Part shown: piece by piece, positions 1-10,581 of the stretch
Layout: each line of letters begins with the position of its first letter
How positions within the stretch are numbered: the first letter of the stretch is position 1
From: Patescibacteria group bacterium
Lineage (GTDB): Bacteria > Patescibacteriota > Patescibacteriia > 2-02-FULL-49-11
Assembly (NCBI GenBank): GCA_041645165.1
Contig: JBAZQN010000006.1
Location: 4,933 to 68,932 of the forward strand
Reading direction: 5' to 3'
Length of the DNA stretch: 64,000 nt
Position numbers and translations under genes: made by a program
The notes under the pieces: model-generated
Seen by the model: only the letters and a program-made list of their open reading frames with translations
What the model was told of the DNA's origin: nothing
Database searches by the model: none

Positions 1-734
1 CCCACTTCTTGGGCTTTTATTTTTGACATACCGTAGTAAAACAAAAAATAAGCGACGGCCGATGAAAAGAAAACGCCAAAAATAATGCCGATTAGGCCGT
101 TAATATTTAACTGATGAAAACTCCAATTATTTAACTCCCCAACCGCAAAAGGCAAAAAAGTAAGGCTGCCGAAGAGGAAAGAGATTGTAGTTACTTGGTA
201 AGGATTAACTTTTTTTAATATATCTTTACCAAAAATGGTTTGAAAAATGGTTCCAAAAGTAGCAATGAGAAAAAATATATTACCGCCAATCCTGCCGAAA
301 TTCAACACTCCTCCGTTACTTACCACAGGAGATAAAATTACCACTAATACCCCAAAAAGCGCAATCATCATCCCGGACAACACTTTGAATTTTGGTTTTT
401 CGTGTAAAAATATGATGGAAAATAAATAGATAAAGACAGGCCCTGAACAAGCGATTATCGGCACATTAATGCTGGTTGACTTTGGTAATCCTAAAAAGAA
501 AAAACTGATGTTGATGGTCACACCAAAAAAACCAACTAAAAGAATCTCTAGCCACTGCCGCATATTTATCTTCTGCCAATGGTGAATTGCCAGGGGTATG
601 AAGATTAATCCCGCTCCAAAAAACCTGATAAACGCTAAGGTAAAGGGAGGAATATTCTCGAGGGCAAATTTAAAAATCGGCGCAGCAGCGCCCCAGATAA
701 TGTTGGTAATAATCAAGGCAGTGATGGGATTCAT
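1..734 (-). CDS. EamA/DMT family transporter (runs off window start)
   Basis: Manual translation from ATG at 734: MNPITALIITNIIWGAAAPIFKFALENIPPFTLAFIRF..., typical EamA N-terminus; not in ORF track because it is truncated. Confidence 0.8.
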   Translation of the reverse strand, partial: MNPITALIITNIIWGAAAPIFKFALENIPPFTLAFIRFFGAGLIFIPLAIHHWQKINMRQWLEILLVGFFGVTINISFFFLGLPKSTSINVPIIACSGPVFIYLFSIIFLHEKPKFKVLSGMMIALFGVLVVILSPVVSNGGVLNFGRIGGNIFFLIATFGTIFQTIFGKDILKKVNPYQVTTISFLFGSLTFLPFAVGELNNWSFHQLNINGLIGIIFGVFFSSAVAYFLFYYGMSKIKAQEV

Positions 735-737
735 AAA

Positions 738-1226
738 TTATTTTTTCCAAGTTGTATTAATTTGCTTTATATTGTTAATTTTTTCTTTTTTAAAAAATTT
801 AATAAACAAGAACACTATCCCACTGATCACTAAGAATAAAGCTAGCCATCGTTTAAGAAGTTCTCTATAATAAGTCTTCTCTAAAAAAGTGTACTTCTCG
901 CCTATGTTTCCTTCTATGTACTCATAACCTAATTTTTCACAACATGGTTCAATATCTTTTAAATAAACAGTCGCTGTTAAATCGCATTGCTCAAATTTAT
1001 TAGCAATACTCCTATCATTATATTCAAGCTTCCAACCAGGTGGAACACTAAATGATTTTGAATTAAAACCCTCACCTTTGGCAGAAATATAAAAACCACA
1101 CTGTTGAGTTGTCTCATTTATAGCGTAACCAGTCGTAGGACCTAAAGCATTAACAGAGCTCGTAAGATATAAACAATTAATAATTATTAATACTAAGCTA
1201 GCCAAAACAATTTTCTTTTTAGACAT
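738..1226 (-). CDS. hypothetical secreted/membrane-anchored Cys-containing protein
   Basis: 162-aa ORF, N-terminal signal, C-terminal TM, AT-rich. Confidence 0.65.
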   Translation of the reverse strand: MSKKKIVLASLVLIIINCLYLTSSVNALGPTTGYAINETTQQCGFYISAKGEGFNSKSFSVPPGWKLEYNDRSIANKFEQCDLTATVYLKDIEPCCEKLGYEYIEGNIGEKYTFLEKTYYRELLKRWLALFLVISGIVFLFIKFFKKEKINNIKQINTTWKK

Positions 1227-1240
1227 AAAAGTTGTGTAAT

Positions 1241-1684
1241 CTATTTACTTTTCTGTTTATCTTTAAATAATAACAATTTCACTATTAAAAAATACAGTGA
1301 CATATAAATGGGTAGCGTTAACAAATAATAGTAATTATATTCCCTGATACCAAAGCCATGCCACTTAGATGCCAACCAAGGAAATGGAAAACCATATTTT
1401 ACTATTTCTTCTTGTGCGTCTGCGACACTGGCATGTTCTATGCTCCATAAATCATCCGATTCAGAACTATTTTTATCATAATAATCACGGTTACTGTAAT
1501 CCTTAAAATAAATAGTAACAAAAAATAATTTTATAGTTACATCTCTTAAACATCGGGGATTAGAGTCGACATTGACATAATTATGACCATAAACATTAAA
1601 ACAATGGTCATAAAAAAATATTATTTTATAGCTTAAATTTATGCAGATTAGAATAATAAATAAAATAATTTTCTTTTTAGACAT
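1241..1684 (-). CDS. hypothetical membrane protein (YGFPFPW motif)
   Basis: 147-aa AT-rich ORF with TM ends. Confidence 0.6.
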   Translation of the reverse strand: MSKKKIILFIILICINLSYKIIFFYDHCFNVYGHNYVNVDSNPRCLRDVTIKLFFVTIYFKDYSNRDYYDKNSSESDDLWSIEHASVADAQEEIVKYGFPFPWLASKWHGFGIREYNYYYLLTLPIYMSLYFLIVKLLLFKDKQKSK

Positions 1685-1745
1685 AAAATTGTTCTCTATT
1701 ATGATGATAAAATTAGTATCTAGAACTATTTGAAGTGGTAATAAG

Positions 1746-1818
1746 TCGGCTCAATTCCCTCCATTTGAGCCGATAACTAAATCCCTAATCGGCTCATTCG
1801 CGCCGTGTTTGAGCCGAA
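1746..1818. repeat. two tandem TCGGCTCA...TGAGCCGA hairpins
   Basis: gtcggctcaa..ttgagccgat and atcggctca..tgagccga. Confidence 0.6.
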
Positions 1819-1904
1819 AGATCCCGCGGTTTGAGCTGTTTCTTTATTAGTATCTGCTGACTAGGCTCACCCTAACCCATTATCATTTCTTCTGCGCCTT
1901 TTGA

Positions 1905-1941
1905 GGATGAAATATGCGCTTCATCCACTCAATCATGCCTA
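1905..1941 (-). repeat. 37-bp direct repeat of the P-type ATPase 3' end (other copy 2468-2504)
   Basis: ggatgaaatatgcgcttcatccactcaatcatgccta identical at both positions. Confidence 0.9.
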
Positions 1942-1978
1942 GAAGGTCAGAATTACTCATGTTTTTAATAAACATGCA

Positions 1979-2410
1979 TTAACTAAGTTTTTTAATAAAC
2001 CTGATTGCTTTATTAATTTTATAGATTTCTTTAACCACGCAATAGGGTAAAATCACTAAAATGATAAATAGCATTATGAACAAAATCAAAATAACTGGGA
2101 ATAAATCTTTATCAATGAATTGAAAAAAATCTTTACTAAAAACATCTTTACTAAAAAAGGATATAATCATTATCATTATAAAAAGATATACAGATACTAA
2201 AAATAGTCTACCAAACTTTTGTCGTGTTAATTCAACAATATTTTTATCTAATATTATCAAATTGTATAAAAAGTTATTTTGTTTCGCTAAACATCCTTTA
2301 TGATAAAATAATACAGTATGCAATAAGGAAGCCGCACCTAAATAATCCCGCTCAGCAATAATCAAATCGTCCCTGGAATATATTTCTTTTTTGCATTGAT
2401 AACATTTCAT
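1979..2410 (-). CDS. hypothetical membrane protein with N-terminal CxxC
   Basis: 143-aa AT-rich ORF, MKCYQC, two TM segments. Confidence 0.6.
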   Translation of the reverse strand: MKCYQCKKEIYSRDDLIIAERDYLGAASLLHTVLFYHKGCLAKQNNFLYNLIILDKNIVELTRQKFGRLFLVSVYLFIMIMIISFFSKDVFSKDFFQFIDKDLFPVILILFIMLFIILVILPYCVVKEIYKINKAIRFIKKLS

Positions 2411-2445
2411 ATTTTATTTCATTAAAGTATCAAAAATCTTTAAAT

Positions 2446-5178
2446 TTAATCTTTTCCTTTCTTGTGTGGATGAAATATGCGCTTCATCCACTCAATCATG
2501 CCTATAAAGACGCAGGAAATGAAGAGGATAAGCAGCCAGTCATGCGGTAAGAGAGGTACGGTGCCAAAGAGGTGCTGTAGCGCGGGGATGTAGATTACGG
2601 CGACTTGGAGCAATAATCCCGTGACGGCAGCAAGGATGAGCATGGGATTCCGCATAAATGGGATCCGCCAAATCGGCTCCTGCAGGGAGCGCAATGAAAA
2701 TACATAAACCGTGGCAGTGACCGAGAGCGTCGTGAATGCTATGGTCCGCGCAAGTTCCAGGGAATGGAACATATTCCAATAGAAGATGAAAAGGAGAAGA
2801 CTTAATATGGCAGAACAGGTGCTAATCGCGCCGATCAACCAGCGATGCTCGTGCATAAGAATAGATTCCCCTCTTACCCGCGGCTTTTCGCGCATGAGGG
2901 CGCGGTTGGCCGGCTCCTGGGTAAGCGCGAGCGCGGGAAACGTGTCAGTGACAATATTGACCCATAAAATTTGAGCAGGAAGATAGGGAAGGGGCCACCC
3001 CATCAGAAGCGCAAAAGTAATCGCAATGGTTTCCGTAAAGCTGTTAGAAAGCATATAAAGCGCCACGGTGCGGATATTATGGTAGATAAGCCTGCCCTCG
3101 CGTATGGCGCTCGTCATAGTGCGGATATGATTATCGAGAAGCACTATGTCCGACGACTCCTTTGCCACATCAGTGCCGCTCCCCAAGGCAACGCCGATGT
3201 CAGCCGCTTTCAAGGCGGGAGCGTCATTCACCCCGTCCCCTGTCATCGCAACCACCGCGCCTCTCGCTTTCCATGCCGCGATAATGCGGAGCTTGTCTTC
3301 AGGCGTTGCGCGGGAAAATACCGCAATATTATTTATCTTTTCCGCGAGCGCATTGAGCGAGAGTTCCTTGAGTTCGCTTCCATCCATTACCCTTCTTGCG
3401 CCCTTTAATAACCCAAGCGTTCGCCCGATGGAAGTGGCGGTAAGGCGATGATCGCCGGTTATCATGACCGTGCGGATGCCTGCTTTTTCCGCTTCCGCAA
3501 TGGTTTCCACCGCACCCTCGCGCAGAGGATCTTGGATGCCGATAAAGCCAAGAAATATCAAATCATGAAGAGGATTAACCATCTTTTTCAGCTCCCGTGC
3601 GTCTCTGCGTGCCTCCCTTTTCGTAATGCAGAGCACCCGCAATCCTTGTCCGCTCATGCGTTCCACTTTTTTATTCAGCGCATCTATCCCCTCACGGCTT
3701 AAAGGCACCACTCGGCCAGATTCGTCTTCTACATACTTGATAAAAGGGAGAAGGATTTCTGGCGCGCCTTTTACATAGAGCACGTCCTTTACGCTTCCCT
3801 CTGCCGCGGATGCGCGATGGAGCGTGCACATATATTTATCCTTTGAATTAAACGGCTGTTCAGCGCGGCGAGGATAGAGGTTCCGTAATGCGGCGACATC
3901 TATCCCATGGTCGAGAGCGGCGCGCATGAGCGCCCTGTCAGTGGTATTACCCGTGGCCACAGGGCCCGAAACAGCTCCCCCCATCTCATACGGCGCGGCA
4001 TCATTGCATACCACCATGGCAGTGACAAGCTCCTCTAACCCAGCATGTAAATCGTTTAACGCACGTTCGCGCAGTATATTGTAGGAACGAAGGTATGTGT
4101 CCATCCGCACTACTTGCATCTCCCCCACGGTGAGCGTGCCTGTTTTATCGGCACAGATGACGGATGTCGCACCGAGCGTTTCTGCGGCATGGAGCTTTTT
4201 TACGAGCCCTTTCTGCGTTAAAATTCTCTGCATGCCGATCGCAAGCACCACGGTAACAGCAATGGTAAGCCCTTCTGGAATCGCCGATACCGCAACTGCA
4301 ATCGCGGTCGCAAACATATCTGCAATCCCCTCTCCTTGAAAAATGCCGAATCCGAAAATTAATAGAACCACGACAATAATCGCAAACGCGAGCTCGCGTC
4401 CGAATCGGTTTAATTGCTTCTGGAGCGGCGTGCGCTCTTCCGGCGTTCGCGCAAGAAGCAGGGCAATATGCCCTACCTGCGTATGCGCACCCGTGGCCAC
4501 CACGAGCCCGCTTCCCCGTCCCGCAGTCACGACCGTACCAAACCAAAGCATGTTGATCTGTTCCGCAAGCACGCGTGCGGTATGAAGGGTGCGGACATCC
4601 TTTTTCGCGGGGTGCGATTCCCCCGTGAGCATGCTCTCATTGGCCTCCAGGGCATGCTCCGATAATAGGCGAATATCCGCGGGCACGCGGTCACCCGCCT
4701 GTACGGAAACGATATCGCCGGGCACCAGTTCCTCCTGCGGCACTTCCACGAGCGCGCCATCTCGTAGAACCCGCGCTTTGGTGACGATGACCTTCTGTAG
4801 CGCGGCAAGCGCATGCTGCGCACGGCGCTCTTGGAACGCGCCCACCGCTACATTTATGAATACCGCACCCAAAATAACCTGCGCATCGACTACATCTCCC
4901 AGCATGAAACTCGCCACAGACGCCGCGATCAGTATGACGACTAAAACATTGGCAAACTGGCGGAGCAGAATGAGCAAAAAGAAGTTACGATTCTCACGAT
5001 GCGGCAACACATTATTACCCCACTGCGTGCGGCGCTCGAGCGTCTCTCTCGTGGTAAGCCCTTGCGGGGTTGCGTGCAATTCCTGGAGGATCTCCTTGCC
5101 TGAACGCAATGAAAATGACCCCCCCGGAGATTGCCCTCCGAGCGGCTCTGCTTCCTTTTTTTGTCCCAGGTTAGTCAT
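2446..5178 (-). CDS. cation-transporting P-type ATPase (type II, Ca2+-like)
   Basis: DKTGTLT, TGES, PEGL, TGDGVNDAPALK motifs. Confidence 0.95.
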   Translation of the reverse strand: MTNLGQKKEAEPLGGQSPGGSFSLRSGKEILQELHATPQGLTTRETLERRTQWGNNVLPHRENRNFFLLILLRQFANVLVVILIAASVASFMLGDVVDAQVILGAVFINVAVGAFQERRAQHALAALQKVIVTKARVLRDGALVEVPQEELVPGDIVSVQAGDRVPADIRLLSEHALEANESMLTGESHPAKKDVRTLHTARVLAEQINMLWFGTVVTAGRGSGLVVATGAHTQVGHIALLLARTPEERTPLQKQLNRFGRELAFAIIVVVLLIFGFGIFQGEGIADMFATAIAVAVSAIPEGLTIAVTVVLAIGMQRILTQKGLVKKLHAAETLGATSVICADKTGTLTVGEMQVVRMDTYLRSYNILRERALNDLHAGLEELVTAMVVCNDAAPYEMGGAVSGPVATGNTTDRALMRAALDHGIDVAALRNLYPRRAEQPFNSKDKYMCTLHRASAAEGSVKDVLYVKGAPEILLPFIKYVEDESGRVVPLSREGIDALNKKVERMSGQGLRVLCITKREARRDARELKKMVNPLHDLIFLGFIGIQDPLREGAVETIAEAEKAGIRTVMITGDHRLTATSIGRTLGLLKGARRVMDGSELKELSLNALAEKINNIAVFSRATPEDKLRIIAAWKARGAVVAMTGDGVNDAPALKAADIGVALGSGTDVAKESSDIVLLDNHIRTMTSAIREGRLIYHNIRTVALYMLSNSFTETIAITFALLMGWPLPYLPAQILWVNIVTDTFPALALTQEPANRALMREKPRVRGESILMHEHRWLIGAISTCSAILSLLLFIFYWNMFHSLELARTIAFTTLSVTATVYVFSLRSLQEPIWRIPFMRNPMLILAAVTGLLLQVAVIYIPALQHLFGTVPLLPHDWLLILFISCVFIGMIEWMKRIFHPHKKGKD

Positions 5179-5275
5179 TTCCTTAATATTGTACGATGAA
5201 TAGGCATATATGGCAAAAACAGCTCTCCATTCCTTTCTCTTGCTATATTCTGTATAATACTGTTATCCACTCAGT

Positions 5276-5429
5276 TATAGATAAACCCTTTTAAATATAT
5301 AACCAGACGCGAGTTGCCGCGTTTCGCCGCGAGGACTGTTTGAGTCCCGCGAAGCGGGACGAGTTCCGCAGCAAGAAAGGCGGCAACCGCGGCGGAATAG
5401 AACCATATTTCTAAAGGTTCATCTCTATA
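5276..5429. repeat. structured intergenic element family D, copy 1
   Basis: Nested inverted repeats with GCGAGGACTGT...GAGTTCCGCAG core shared with 7038-7248 and 43710-43845. Confidence 0.6.
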
Positions 5430-5470
5430 AAACCATTCCATTTGAATATTAACAAATAACTTTATACCCT

Positions 5471-5929
5471 ATGCCCCCCACTCCAGCCCAACCAGAGGAA
5501 CAAAAAGGCACCTTGCGCCCTTGGCTTTCTATCCTCGTAGTGCTCATTTTTGCCATAATTGCATGGGCCTATATCGCCCAAAAGGCCAAAACTAACGTAC
5601 AAGAGGAAGGTGTATCGACCGTAAACCAGCCTCCTCTCCCACCCACGCTCACGCTTCCCCAAGAGCCGCCAACGCTCACAGGCGCGATGACTTTTATCCA
5701 AGGCGCTAACCTCACCGTGATGGTCCTTAAGGAAAATAATCCTACGCTTGAGATTGATAAAGCGCTTATCGTCTCGGTAAGCGCTGATACCAAGATTGCG
5801 GATAAGGGCGGCAAGGCGCTGGCCTCTGACGCGCTGAAGGTGGGCGATACCATCGCCGTGTATAGCCAATTGCCTCTCACGGACGAGAGCTCAGTAGTAC
5901 CCGCGGATATTATCGTAATCAATCCTTAA
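5471..5929 (+). CDS. hypothetical single-TM protein
   Basis: 152-aa ORF, N-terminal TM, beta-rich C-terminus, followed by terminator. Confidence 0.75.
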   Translation: MPPTPAQPEEQKGTLRPWLSILVVLIFAIIAWAYIAQKAKTNVQEEGVSTVNQPPLPPTLTLPQEPPTLTGAMTFIQGANLTVMVLKENNPTLEIDKALIVSVSADTKIADKGGKALASDALKVGDTIAVYSQLPLTDESSVVPADIIVINP

Positions 5930-5958
5930 ATCTAAATCCCATTCTCCACATTTTACAC

Positions 5959-5986
5959 AAACCCCCTTCCTGAAGAAGGGGGTTTA
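5959..5986. terminator. intrinsic terminator-like hairpin between convergent genes
   Basis: aaaccccttc-ctgaa-gaagggggttt. Confidence 0.65.
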
Positions 5987-6116
5987 TTCATGCATAAATT
6001 TAATTTCAGTACCTTAGGCGCCGTAAAAAAATAACATATCCCGCCATCTACGCCGTACGTCAACAAAATAAGGACAAATCTATGGGACAAGTGAAATGTT
6101 ATTTTTTTAAGCGCCC

Positions 6117-7025
6117 TTAGGGTATGGCCAATGATTTTGCGAAAGAATCAGACAATGTAAATATCTCATCTTCTCCTGCGGCGCGGATCCACCACACATT
6201 TTGTTGCTTTACCAATGTGACTTCTCCCGAATCTGCTTCCAAAGAACCTTTGAATGAAATTATTATCCCTTTTGCTTCCTTTTGCGCAAAAGTGGCTTTA
6301 TCCTTTTCCGTGTCTATAAATCCTGTGGCTTTCAAGGGATGCAAAGCGGCTATTAATGTCTCCATCTCTGCATTGCCTGCGGCCACAGTGGCGGCCCCTG
6401 CGCTCACCTCCCACGTGTCTCCATCCTTGTGATAGGTTTTTATGGTTGCCCCTTGCATGCGGTAGGTGATCGTGTCAAGCGCGGCGGGGTCAATATTCAC
6501 AATCGTTTTATTCCTCCAAGAATCAATAAGCAACGGGAATACAAGAGACAGATTGGCATTGGCCAGATAGACCTCATCTTTGCCCTCAATCTTCACATAA
6601 GACGAGCTGTAGGTAGGGCCGCTTTTGCCTACCCTGAATGCGATACGCGTATCCTCCACGCGCAGGGAAATCAACAGCCCTTCATCACCAACTCCTAATC
6701 TTTCAAAATTCTCGGGGTTGCGAGATATGGGGCCTTCATAGGCACTGGTGCGCAAAGTATCCAAGGCTTTTTGCACCAGCTCCGCATCTGCGCGTTTCCC
6801 ATCTACGCGCCACGCACCGTCCTGTCGCGCTAAGGCAATAACGCTTTCATCTTTCTTAATCTCTATCTCCCCAACCTGCGAAGGGTCCATATTCTGAAGC
6901 GCTTTACTCATATTATTGGCGTTTCCACTCTTCTCCCCTCTTCCTTTCCGCCACCTCACTCCTCCTATTATCGCCGCAAGCACCACTACGATAAGCGCAA
7001 GAATTAACAATACTTTTTTGCTCAT
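6117..7025 (-). CDS. DUF4340-like protein (Gld-type ABC accessory)
   Basis: N-terminal TM, WRNK motif, operon with GldF/G- and GldA-like genes. Confidence 0.75.
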   Translation of the reverse strand: MSKKVLLILALIVVVLAAIIGGVRWRKGRGEKSGNANNMSKALQNMDPSQVGEIEIKKDESVIALARQDGAWRVDGKRADAELVQKALDTLRTSAYEGPISRNPENFERLGVGDEGLLISLRVEDTRIAFRVGKSGPTYSSSYVKIEGKDEVYLANANLSLVFPLLIDSWRNKTIVNIDPAALDTITYRMQGATIKTYHKDGDTWEVSAGAATVAAGNAEMETLIAALHPLKATGFIDTEKDKATFAQKEAKGIIISFKGSLEADSGEVTLVKQQNVWWIRAAGEDEIFTLSDSFAKSLAIP

Positions 7026-7037
7026 AAAATGAAAGCG

Positions 7038-7248
7038 TAGAATAATGCAGTAGAACTAATATCCGAAACGAAGGTTAGTCAATTTTAGTGCGAGGACTGT
7101 CCGAGGGAGTCCCGATGAGCTATGGATGATTAGTATTGGAGGCGAAACGGGACGATGCCATAAGGCACCCGAGTTCCGCAGAAGAAAATTGGGCTAACCT
7201 GAGTGGGGATGGCGGATCCGCCTGCCTTAAAACTATCAACACATTCTA
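7038..7248. repeat. structured intergenic element family D, copy 2
   Basis: CGAAGGTTAGTCAATTTT...AAAATTGGGCTAACCTGAGT stem enclosing the GCGAGGA/TTCCGCAG core. Confidence 0.6.
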
Positions 7249-7249
7249 T

Positions 7250-9466
7250 TTAGATCATTGCTGATTTCTTCTTTCGAATAAATAGCCTTACCCCTGCGGC
7301 GAGCGCAACCAATATTGGCACACCGATAAGATTAAACAACCTCACCCTCTGCCGCAGAGTGTCGCTCGGGAACCCGAGGGGGCTCGGGATGCGCGTCTTG
7401 GACCGCACGCTGATAAGCGCTTCATCCTGCGTCAGCCAATCAACGGTATTCAACGCAAAGGTCAAATTGGGGCTTCCTTCCTGCATGAACTGATCACTCG
7501 CCATTTTCGCGCTCCCCACCAACACCAACCTCCCGCTCTTCTTGAGGGTTTGCCCTGCGGAAGAGTGCACCACCATGGACACTGCAGCAATATTCTTTCC
7601 GAGCTCATCCTTATTTGCCTTTAAGGGAGCTTGAGGGTCAATATTCACAGGCAGGGACTTCGCAAATCCGCCGTCAGTGGTGGTGAGAAGTTCCTGTATT
7701 TCATTACCCTCGCCTTTATCGGTCCGCTCGACTAACGACGCCCATGGTAACATTACCGAAGTGAGATCTCCTGCAATGGGGTTCGCCGTAACCACATGCG
7801 CGCGCACCCAATAGGGATATGGCAGGATCAGGGAAAGGAACCCGCTCTGGATGGTCACATTCTCATACGAACGCACATCGGCAAGGATCCGGGGGGCGAC
7901 ACGGGCGCCGAATGGAGCAAAGAGATCCCCGTTTGAATCAACATACTCCTGCGCGGTAAATGTCTGTGCATCCACGTTCGCCCTATCAATAAATGCCAGC
8001 ATACTTCCTCCTTGCTCAATGTAATTCCGGATGGCCTGCACTGCGCTGTCGCCAAGATCTTGAGTTGGCCCTAAGAGGATCGCTGCATCGGTTTCCTGGG
8101 CGATAACCGGCGTGGACGTGCTCATATCTGTATCAGTAACCGCGTCTAATCGGCTCAGCGCCTGGCGGAATGCGCCCGCAGGCTCCTCCCCGAAACCAGT
8201 TAGAAAGGTGACATTAGCTTTCTTGGGATCGGTAAGCGATTTAATGGACCTCAAAAGCCGGTATTCCAAATCATCGCTCCGATCGATAAAGGGGATCACT
8301 TCTTTCCCGTCTGTATACAAAGTAGCGAGGCCAAACATACCCTTTTGGGCTTGAAATACATCCTTTTCGAGCACATTGAACTGCATCTCGGTGATGCCTA
8401 ACGCCCTCGCCTCCTCTATCGCATCCGACCCTTCCTCCACGTTTTTATATTCCACCACGACATTCCCTCTCCCCTGTGATTGAAAATCTGACAGTAAATC
8501 TTGCACATCGCGTTTTACCAACGCGATCTGGGAAGGCAACTCTTTGGTGGAAAAAAGCTTAATGGTCACGAGATCCGGCAGTGCGCGCACAATAGTTTTC
8601 GTGGCAGGAGACAATGTATAGACGCGATTCTGGGTAAAATCAATGCGCCCCCGAAGGTATGCGCCCGCAAGGTTGAGCCCAAGGGTAAGTACTATAATAA
8701 GCATCGATCCATAAAAATACCGGCGTCGCTGAGGCGCATGGGGCGACAAACGTTCACGCATGAGGAGCCACCCCGCGATGCCAAAAGCCGCACCGCTCAC
8801 GGTTATGAAATATACAAAATCCCGTATGTCCAACACGCCCCTCGTTATATTGTAATAATGGGCGCTGATCGAGAGATGTTCTGCCACCACGCGTACTGAT
8901 GCAGGGAGGCCGACGGTGACGACCTCTGCCCCTGCGATCGTGAACACGAAACTCACCCCCGCGCTGATAAGGAACGAAGTCACTTGGTGGCGCACTCCTG
9001 CGGAGGCCGCAAGGCTAATGCATGAAAACACAAACGCCAAAAACATGGCGCCGAGATATTGCGCCGCCACAATGCCGAAATCAAAACTGCCAAACCCTCG
9101 CAGGGTTAAAACCACCGGCAACGTGAGGATAAACGTGATGAGGAAAAACGACCATACGGAAAGCAGTTTCCCTGCCAAATACACCCATGGATTCACCGGC
9201 TGCGCGAGCGCCGTTTCAAGCGTCCCTGATTTTCTCTCTTCCGCAATAAGCCGCATGCTCACCGCAGGGACTAAGAAAAGCAGGAGCCAGGGAAAAAGCT
9301 CAAACATCGGCCGCAAGGTGGCGATGGGATTAACGGCAAGTGAACGAAAATAAAAAAATGAATTGAATACGAGGGCAACGATAAGCAGGAGGTAACCGCC
9401 GGGATGGTCAAACCACGCGCGGAGTTCTCGTTGTACGATGGCAATGATTTGTCGAACCGCTATCAT
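7250..9466 (-). CDS. ABC transporter permease, GldF+GldG-like fusion
   Basis: AEERKSGTLETAL and RIDFTQNRVYTLS motifs; probable start MIAVRQ at 9466. Confidence 0.85.
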   Translation of the reverse strand: MIAVRQIIAIVQRELRAWFDHPGGYLLLIVALVFNSFFYFRSLAVNPIATLRPMFELFPWLLLFLVPAVSMRLIAEERKSGTLETALAQPVNPWVYLAGKLLSVWSFFLITFILTLPVVLTLRGFGSFDFGIVAAQYLGAMFLAFVFSCISLAASAGVRHQVTSFLISAGVSFVFTIAGAEVVTVGLPASVRVVAEHLSISAHYYNITRGVLDIRDFVYFITVSGAAFGIAGWLLMRERLSPHAPQRRRYFYGSMLIIVLTLGLNLAGAYLRGRIDFTQNRVYTLSPATKTIVRALPDLVTIKLFSTKELPSQIALVKRDVQDLLSDFQSQGRGNVVVEYKNVEEGSDAIEEARALGITEMQFNVLEKDVFQAQKGMFGLATLYTDGKEVIPFIDRSDDLEYRLLRSIKSLTDPKKANVTFLTGFGEEPAGAFRQALSRLDAVTDTDMSTSTPVIAQETDAAILLGPTQDLGDSAVQAIRNYIEQGGSMLAFIDRANVDAQTFTAQEYVDSNGDLFAPFGARVAPRILADVRSYENVTIQSGFLSLILPYPYWVRAHVVTANPIAGDLTSVMLPWASLVERTDKGEGNEIQELLTTTDGGFAKSLPVNIDPQAPLKANKDELGKNIAAVSMVVHSSAGQTLKKSGRLVLVGSAKMASDQFMQEGSPNLTFALNTVDWLTQDEALISVRSKTRIPSPLGFPSDTLRQRVRLFNLIGVPILVALAAGVRLFIRKKKSAMI

Positions 9467-9499
9467 ACAAAAATAATTACTAGATCTATTATCGTTTAT

Positions 9500-9648
9500 A
9501 ATTCTCAATTTTCAAATCTCAATTTTCAAATAATTTTTAATGAATCAATGATGCAATGTTTGAAAATTGAATCATTGCGATATTGATTGTCCCGCCGCAA
9601 CGGGATCCCGCGTCCGCGGGAAAAATTGGAAATTGAATATTGAAAATT
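9500..9648. repeat. heptamer-repeat hairpin with GC mini-hairpin insert
   Basis: caatttt/caaatct repeats versus aaattg repeats; cccgccgcaacgggatcccgc insert. Confidence 0.7.
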
Positions 9649-10581
9649 CTAACTCTCTATGGTAAGCTCCCGAAATACCTCCTCAAGGCTTTTTTCTTCT
9701 TCGTATAATTCCGCAATGACCCAGCGGTGTTCAACCGCACATTGAAATACCGCTGTCCGTATATCAACGTCACGCGGGGTGAGGAGCTCAAAACGCTTAA
9801 ATTTATTTTTTTGATTCCCCTCGAACGCTTCCACGCGCGCGACGCCTCCGAGTTTCTCTAATGTTTCCCGAATCCCGCTCCCCTGTGCTTCCACGACCGT
9901 CCGCTTTTCACCGCTTGCGCGGTGTTCTAGTTCATCCACGGTGCCGTCAGCGACAATGCGGCCTTCCCGAATCACTATCACCCGTGAACAGGTCATCGCA
10001 ACTTCAGTAAGGACATGCGTGGAAAGAAGCACTGTTTTTTCCCGTCCCAAGCGTTTTATCAATTCCCTTATTTCATGCCGCTGATTCGGGTCCAACCCTT
10101 CGGTGGGTTCGTCAAAAATAAGGATATCCGGATCTCCCACGATCGCCTGCGCCAAGCCCACCCGCTGGCGAAAACCTTTTGAGAGCTCGGCAATGGGGCG
10201 GCGCCATACCTTTTCAAGGCCGGCAAGCCCAATCGCGCGTTCAACTGCACTCTTTTTGTCCGCTCCCCACATCCCATGGAGCGCTGCGGTATAGTTAAGC
10301 GCCTGCGTCACGAGCAAGTCTTCATGCAAAGGATTATTTTCAGGCAGATATCCTAAACGTTTCTTCAAAGAAAGAGGATCCTCCAATGCATTTTGGCCGT
10401 CAAAATTTATTTCACCCTTATCAGGCTCCAAGACCCCCGCGATTATCCTCATCGTGGTCGTCTTGCCGGCGCCGTTGGGACCCAAAAATCCTATCACTTC
10501 GCCCTTTGAAATGGAAAAAGTGAGCTCATCAACCGCTTTCACCTTGCCAAATGATTTGGATATTTTATCTAACGTGAGCAT
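9649..10581 (-). CDS. ABC transporter ATP-binding protein (GldA-like)
   Basis: GPNGAGKTT, LSKGFRQR, DEPT; true start MLTLDK at 10581, the upstream MALDVDIRG comes from the repeat element. Confidence 0.92.
   Translation of the reverse strand: MLTLDKISKSFGKVKAVDELTFSISKGEVIGFLGPNGAGKTTTMRIIAGVLEPDKGEINFDGQNALEDPLSLKKRLGYLPENNPLHEDLLVTQALNYTAALHGMWGADKKSAVERAIGLAGLEKVWRRPIAELSKGFRQRVGLAQAIVGDPDILIFDEPTEGLDPNQRHEIRELIKRLGREKTVLLSTHVLTEVAMTCSRVIVIREGRIVADGTVDELEHRASGEKRTVVEAQGSGIRETLEKLGGVARVEAFEGNQKNKFKRFELLTPRDVDIRTAVFQCAVEHRWVIAELYEEEKSLEEVFRELTIES

Noticed and set aside
5263-5271. DnaA box-like TTATCCACT
   Set aside because: Single imperfect box with no cluster and no dnaA nearby
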